In this document: positions 47,692 to 51,027 of the stretch, piece by piece
Layout of the letters: each line of letters opens with the position of its first letter
Position numbering within the stretch: the stretch's first letter is position 1
NCBI GenBank assembly: GCA_964371005.1
Contig: CAYJNU010000002.1
Location: 7,641-58,667 of the forward strand
Direction of reading: 5' to 3'
DNA: 51,027 bases
Source of the DNA: an uncultured Verrucomicrobiota bacterium
GTDB taxonomy: Bacteria; Verrucomicrobiota; Verrucomicrobiia; Limisphaerales; MWDV01
Notes under the pieces: model-generated
What the model was told of the DNA's origin: nothing
The model's database searches: none
The model's input: the letters and a program-made list of their open reading frames with translations, nothing else
Made by a program: the position numbers and the translations under genes

Positions 47692-47707
47692 AGCCGCACC
47701 GGGCTGT

Positions 47708-48007
47708 TCAATCGCCGAACAGCTTCTTCAACTGCGCCCGGGCTTTCTCCGCCCTTGAGTGTTCGTCCGCCGGGGCCACAAACTCCCGCCGCGCCATCTC
47801 GAAATACTCGCAGTAGTTGGCCACATGCTTTTCCTCCACGAGTTCGGCCCGCCGGTCGCGGCACTGGTAGGCCACTTTCGGGTCGTAGCTCACGCAGTTG
47901 AGGCAGACCTTCAAATCCGCCCCGCAGAGGCACGATTCCGAGCGTCCAGGTGACCCGGCCAAGGTGTATTCCGCCCCGCACTTCCAGCAATGTCGCGTCA
48001 TCGCCAT
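47708..48007 (-). CDS. Small Cys-rich (zinc-ribbon-like) hypothetical protein
   Basis: 99 aa with CWKCG...CLCG...CLNC...QC...YC, about four Cys pairs. Coding-like GC3. Convergent with the cNMP gene, 16 nt apart. Confidence 0.65.
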   Translation of the reverse strand: MAMTRHCWKCGAEYTLAGSPGRSESCLCGADLKVCLNCVSYDPKVAYQCRDRRAELVEEKHVANYCEYFEMARREFVAPADEHSRAEKARAQLKKLFGD

Positions 48008-48185
48008 GAGCGCAAGTGTAAGCTACCACCATTCGTTTTCCAGCCGAGATTCCATATTGAGCGCCACGACCTGCCCGCCTTGAACTCCACCCAGTTCTCC
48101 CGCGCGCGCCTGGCATTCCCTCCGGGCGGACGGGCCTCCACATATCGCTTTGTTCAGTCAGGACACGTTGTTATTGTCCTGCCCC

Positions 48186-49523
48186 ATGCAGCAACAATTT
48201 GAAACAGCTACGCGCTGGGTTGGTTTGGCGGCCATGAGTTTACTCCTGGCGAGCGCCACGCTTCTGCGCGCCGAAAACTGGCCCAACTGGCGCGGGCCGT
48301 CCTTCAATGGAGCCAGCCCGGAACACAACCTGCCCGTGACGTTCTCGAAAACCAATGGCGTCCGCTGGGCGGCCGAATTGCCCGGGCCGTCCGCCGCCAC
48401 GCCCATCATCTGGGGCGACCGCGTTTTCGTGAGTTCCACGGATGCCAAAGCCAAGACGCTCCTTGCGATCGGCCTGGACCGGCGCACTGGCAGGCGGCTT
48501 TGGCAACAACAGGTCGGCGTCGGCTTCAACAAGGACGACCGCAGCAATTACGCGTCCCCTTCGCCCGTGACGGACGGCAACCTGGTCTGGTTTTACTACG
48601 GCAACGGCGATCTCGCGGCGTTTGACATGGACGGCAAGCCGGTTTGGGCGCGCAACGTCCAGAAGGATTACGGCACGTTTGCGTTTCTGTGGACCTATTC
48701 GACCAGCCCCGTGCTGTACGACGGGAAACTCTACATTCAGGTTCTGCAACGCAACGTCCCGGTTCAGGGACGGGGCCGCACCGATGGCCCGAATGATTCT
48801 TACCTGCTCGCGTTGGATCCGAAAACAGGCCAGGAACTCTGGCGGCACGTGCGACCGAGCGAGGCGCGCGAGGAATCGCGGGAGGCCTTTAGCACGCCGC
48901 TCCCACTGACGAACCAAGGCCGGTCAGAACTGGTTCTGGTGGGCGGCGACTGCATCACGGGTCACGACTCCGCGACGGGCAAGGAATGGTGGCGCTGGGG
49001 CACGTGGAACCCGGACCACATCGGCCACTGGCGGCTGGTCCCCTCGGCGGTGGCGGGAGGCGGCGTGGTGCTGGCCAGCGCGCCCAAGGGCGCGCCGGTT
49101 TACGCCGTCAGATTCGGCGGCCAAGGCACGCTTGACGATTCCGGTTTGGCGTGGGTGAGCAAGGATCGCGAAGTCAGCACAGACGTGGCCACGCCACTGT
49201 TCTACCTGGGCCGGTTCTACGTGTTGAACGGCGAGCGACGCGTGCTTGCGTGCGTCGAGCCGGCAACCGGGAAACTGGAATGGGCCGGTGAGTTGGGTCG
49301 CGGCGCCAAGATCGAAGCCTCACCCACCGGTGCGGACGGCCGGATTTACTTCCTGGACCAACGGGGCACAGTATATGTCGTGGAAGCGGGTGCGGAATTC
49401 AGACTCCTGCACACCGTGAACATGGCGGATGAAGGCGACGACACGTTGCGATCTTCGATTGCGGTGTCGCAAGGCAACGTGTTCATCCGCACCGGCAGGA
49501 AGCTGTATTGCGTGGGGCGCTGA
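48186..49523 (+). CDS. Secreted PQQ-like beta-propeller repeat protein
   Basis: Start at ATG 48186. Signal peptide WVGLAAMSLLLASATLLRA followed by ENWPNWRGP (typical of this family). Repeated motifs GDRVFVSS, LLAIGLDRRTGRRLWQ, LAAFDMDGKPVW, LLALDPKTGQELW, LACVEPATGKLEW, IYFLDQRGTVYVV. Confidence 0.85.
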   Translation: MQQQFETATRWVGLAAMSLLLASATLLRAENWPNWRGPSFNGASPEHNLPVTFSKTNGVRWAAELPGPSAATPIIWGDRVFVSSTDAKAKTLLAIGLDRRTGRRLWQQQVGVGFNKDDRSNYASPSPVTDGNLVWFYYGNGDLAAFDMDGKPVWARNVQKDYGTFAFLWTYSTSPVLYDGKLYIQVLQRNVPVQGRGRTDGPNDSYLLALDPKTGQELWRHVRPSEAREESREAFSTPLPLTNQGRSELVLVGGDCITGHDSATGKEWWRWGTWNPDHIGHWRLVPSAVAGGGVVLASAPKGAPVYAVRFGGQGTLDDSGLAWVSKDREVSTDVATPLFYLGRFYVLNGERRVLACVEPATGKLEWAGELGRGAKIEASPTGADGRIYFLDQRGTVYVVEAGAEFRLLHTVNMADEGDDTLRSSIAVSQGNVFIRTGRKLYCVGR

Positions 49524-49675
49524 CCCCATTGGCCTGGTGATGGGAGACGGGCGGCTGGTTCGCCGTTGTTCCTTGCTGGATTCCGACACTCCCGCTCAGG
49601 AGTATTGATTGACTCCTCAATAAGAGAGCATTAGTCTGGCCTCCCTAGCCACCAATTTAACTCTACCAAGAATAT

Positions 49676-50563
49676 ATGAGTGCCAGAATCTGGATTGCGA
49701 GCGCGGTGATGATGTTGGGTGTTCTCCTCAGCCGGGCAGATGTTGTGAATGTATTCGGTGGTACGTATGCCAGTTGGCCATCGGTCTGGACCTCGCTGGG
49801 CTTGGATGATGGTGATGACGGCATCGCGACAACCTCTTTGGAAATCCGCGGCGACGCCACGCATCCGGCTGCCGCTTACGCCCAAGACAACAACTACATC
49901 TGTTTCCGGGTGCAACTGGAGGCAGCCACGTTCAATACGGCGACCGTCAATGGGTCATACCTGGTGTACGTGGACCACGTTGGCAGCGGCAACGAGAACG
50001 GTCGCCCTGATTTTGCTTTCGCTTGGGATGCCATGAGCAACAACAACAACACACATGGGCTGGAGATGACCGAGTATGACACCGCCGGGACCACGTGGGG
50101 CAGCCTTTACATGGACGACGTGGACGGGTCAAACGGCAGCAAGGGCACGGCAGCCATCAACGGCGTCTCTGGCACCGAGCGCCCCGGCGATGGCTATCTT
50201 CGGGTGCTTCGCGATCAGCCCGGCGTGAATGGCGCCAACGCCAACAGTTATGTCGAGGTCGCGGTTTCGTGGAACTATCTTGAGAATAACAGCACCACCG
50301 GGCTCGGCAAGGGTCAGGATTGGCGAATCGCGTTCGGCAACATCGCCAACGCCACTGATCACGGAGCCATTAACCAAAACGGAGACGTCGCGGGCGGAAT
50401 CAACTATGACGGTTTGCTGACTTCTGGATGGAGCGCGGGCATCAGCACCGTCCCCGAGATCCCTGCGTCGCCGTGGCTGGTTCTGGGTTTTCTGGGTCTG
50501 GTGGCAGCGAGCGGTCGCCTGCGTGTTGGTTTGGGGCGTTGGCGACAGTCCAGCATCGAGTGA
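49676..50563 (+). CDS. Secreted protein with PEP-CTERM-like C-terminal sorting signal
   Basis: N-terminal signal peptide ARIWIASAVMMLGVLLSRA. The C-terminus VPEIPASPWLVLGFLGLVAASGRLR is a PE(x)P-like motif plus TM plus basic cluster. GC content is lower than its neighbours by eye. Confidence 0.7.
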   Translation: MSARIWIASAVMMLGVLLSRADVVNVFGGTYASWPSVWTSLGLDDGDDGIATTSLEIRGDATHPAAAYAQDNNYICFRVQLEAATFNTATVNGSYLVYVDHVGSGNENGRPDFAFAWDAMSNNNNTHGLEMTEYDTAGTTWGSLYMDDVDGSNGSKGTAAINGVSGTERPGDGYLRVLRDQPGVNGANANSYVEVAVSWNYLENNSTTGLGKGQDWRIAFGNIANATDHGAINQNGDVAGGINYDGLLTSGWSAGISTVPEIPASPWLVLGFLGLVAASGRLRVGLGRWRQSSIE

Positions 50564-50631
50564 CTTGCTCGTCTTCTGGCGGGTTTCGCGTGGTGGGTCC
50601 GCCGCGGCTCCTTGGCACGCGTACGCGTGGC

Positions 50632-50660
50632 TTGACGCAGCCAACTTTCTCACCGATGAT
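50632..50660 (+). promoter_or_regulatory. Candidate promoter for ssrA
   Basis: TTGACG (50632-50637), 17-nt spacer, GATGAT (50655-50660). It ends 14 nt upstream of the mature tmRNA 5' end. Confidence 0.3.
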
Positions 50661-50674
50661 CCCCTGGTTGCTTC

Positions 50675-51024
50675 GGGGGCGTACTGGTTTCGACCTGACA
50701 CAGACGCCAGAGGCGGCATGCCGAGGACGATGCGTTGGCCTCGCAAATCATCGCATCAAACAAAACAGCTAACGAAGAATTAGCACTCGCGGCCTAAGGC
50801 CACGACGTTCGCCAGCCGACACCTGCTGAGCTGGATGAACGCCATAGCAGGCATGGACTGGAGCGGAGACGGCGCGTGACAGTCCGAGAAAATTCCATGC
50901 TGACTAAGCAGCCGGATTCGCGTCCGCGGGTTATCCGGCAGCCGACAATTACTGCGGACTAAGCATGTAGTCGCGGCTGGTAGCTGGGACAGGGACGGGG
51001 GTTCAACTCCCCCCGCCTCCACCA
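50675..51024 (+). ncRNA. ssrA: Transfer-messenger RNA (tmRNA, SsrA), one-piece, ~350 nt
   Basis: The 5' end GGGGGCGTACTGGTTTCGAC pairs with the 3' end CGCCTCCACCA, forming an acceptor stem with a G3:U pair. T-arm GGGGGTTCAACTCCCCC. Conserved GCATGCCGAGG...GTTGGCCTCG and GGACTAAGCATGTAGT blocks match E. coli tmRNA. The tag reading frame ends ...GCT AAC GAA GAA TTA GCA CTC GCG GCC TAA (ANEELALAA, stop at 50795-50797). Confidence 0.93.
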
Positions 51025-51027
51025 TTT

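Noticed and set aside
50780-51025. An 81-aa minus-strand ORF at the right edge.
   Set aside because: It lies entirely within the confidently identified tmRNA gene on the opposite strand.
50675-51027. A genomic island integrated at tmRNA.
   Set aside because: The window ends 3 nt after the CCA end. No integrase or direct repeat of the tmRNA 3' end is visible, so this cannot be evaluated.

Overview
High-GC bacterial chromosomal segment. The gene content looks like the PVC superphylum (Verrucomicrobia/Planctomycetes); that placement is inference only. Left to right: the 3' end of an HI0933-type flavoprotein gene; a Tat-signal Gfo/Idh/MocA oxidoreductase; a divergent pair of an FHA-domain protein and a TPR-containing Ser/Thr kinase; a 15.4-kb, 21-ORF flagellar operon in Bacillus-like fla/che order (flgB flgC fliE fliF fliG fliH fliI fliJ motE/ylxF-like fliK flgD flgE fliL fliM fliN fliO fliP orf73 fliQ fliR flhB), preceded by a well-spaced sigma-54 promoter match and ending without flhA; a second Gfo/Idh/MocA gene; a 6.36-kb gene for a 2118-aa secreted S8 protease / C-type lectin / FN3 / IPT / cohesin / dockerin / cohesin protein; clpP-clpX (minus strand); a tight VTC-domain / DUF4956 / HlyD-like operon; yicC, gmk and a standalone coaC; a multi-TM histidine kinase, a sigma-54-dependent response regulator and a translationally coupled small basic membrane ORF; a squalene/phytoene-synthase family gene; cca (minus strand); two PQQ-like beta-propeller genes; a Tat-signal hypothetical; a GYF + cNMP-binding protein; a small Cys-rich zinc-ribbon protein; a PEP-CTERM-like secreted protein; and a complete tmRNA (ssrA) at the right edge. 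I saw no rRNA, tRNA, CRISPR array, transposase or integrase. The most interesting observations are: (1) the VTC/DUF4956/orphan periplasmic-adaptor operon, possibly a split polyphosphate polymerase-translocase; (2) CG-phased tandem heptamer arrays in the 5' leaders of clpX, cca, gmk and coaC; (3) the giant protease-lectin protein that carries both cohesin-like and dockerin-like modules; (4) an unassigned 73-codon ORF between fliP and fliQ; (5) a box shared by the leaders of the second oxidoreductase gene and the giant gene. All family calls come from motif recognition by eye. No database search was run.
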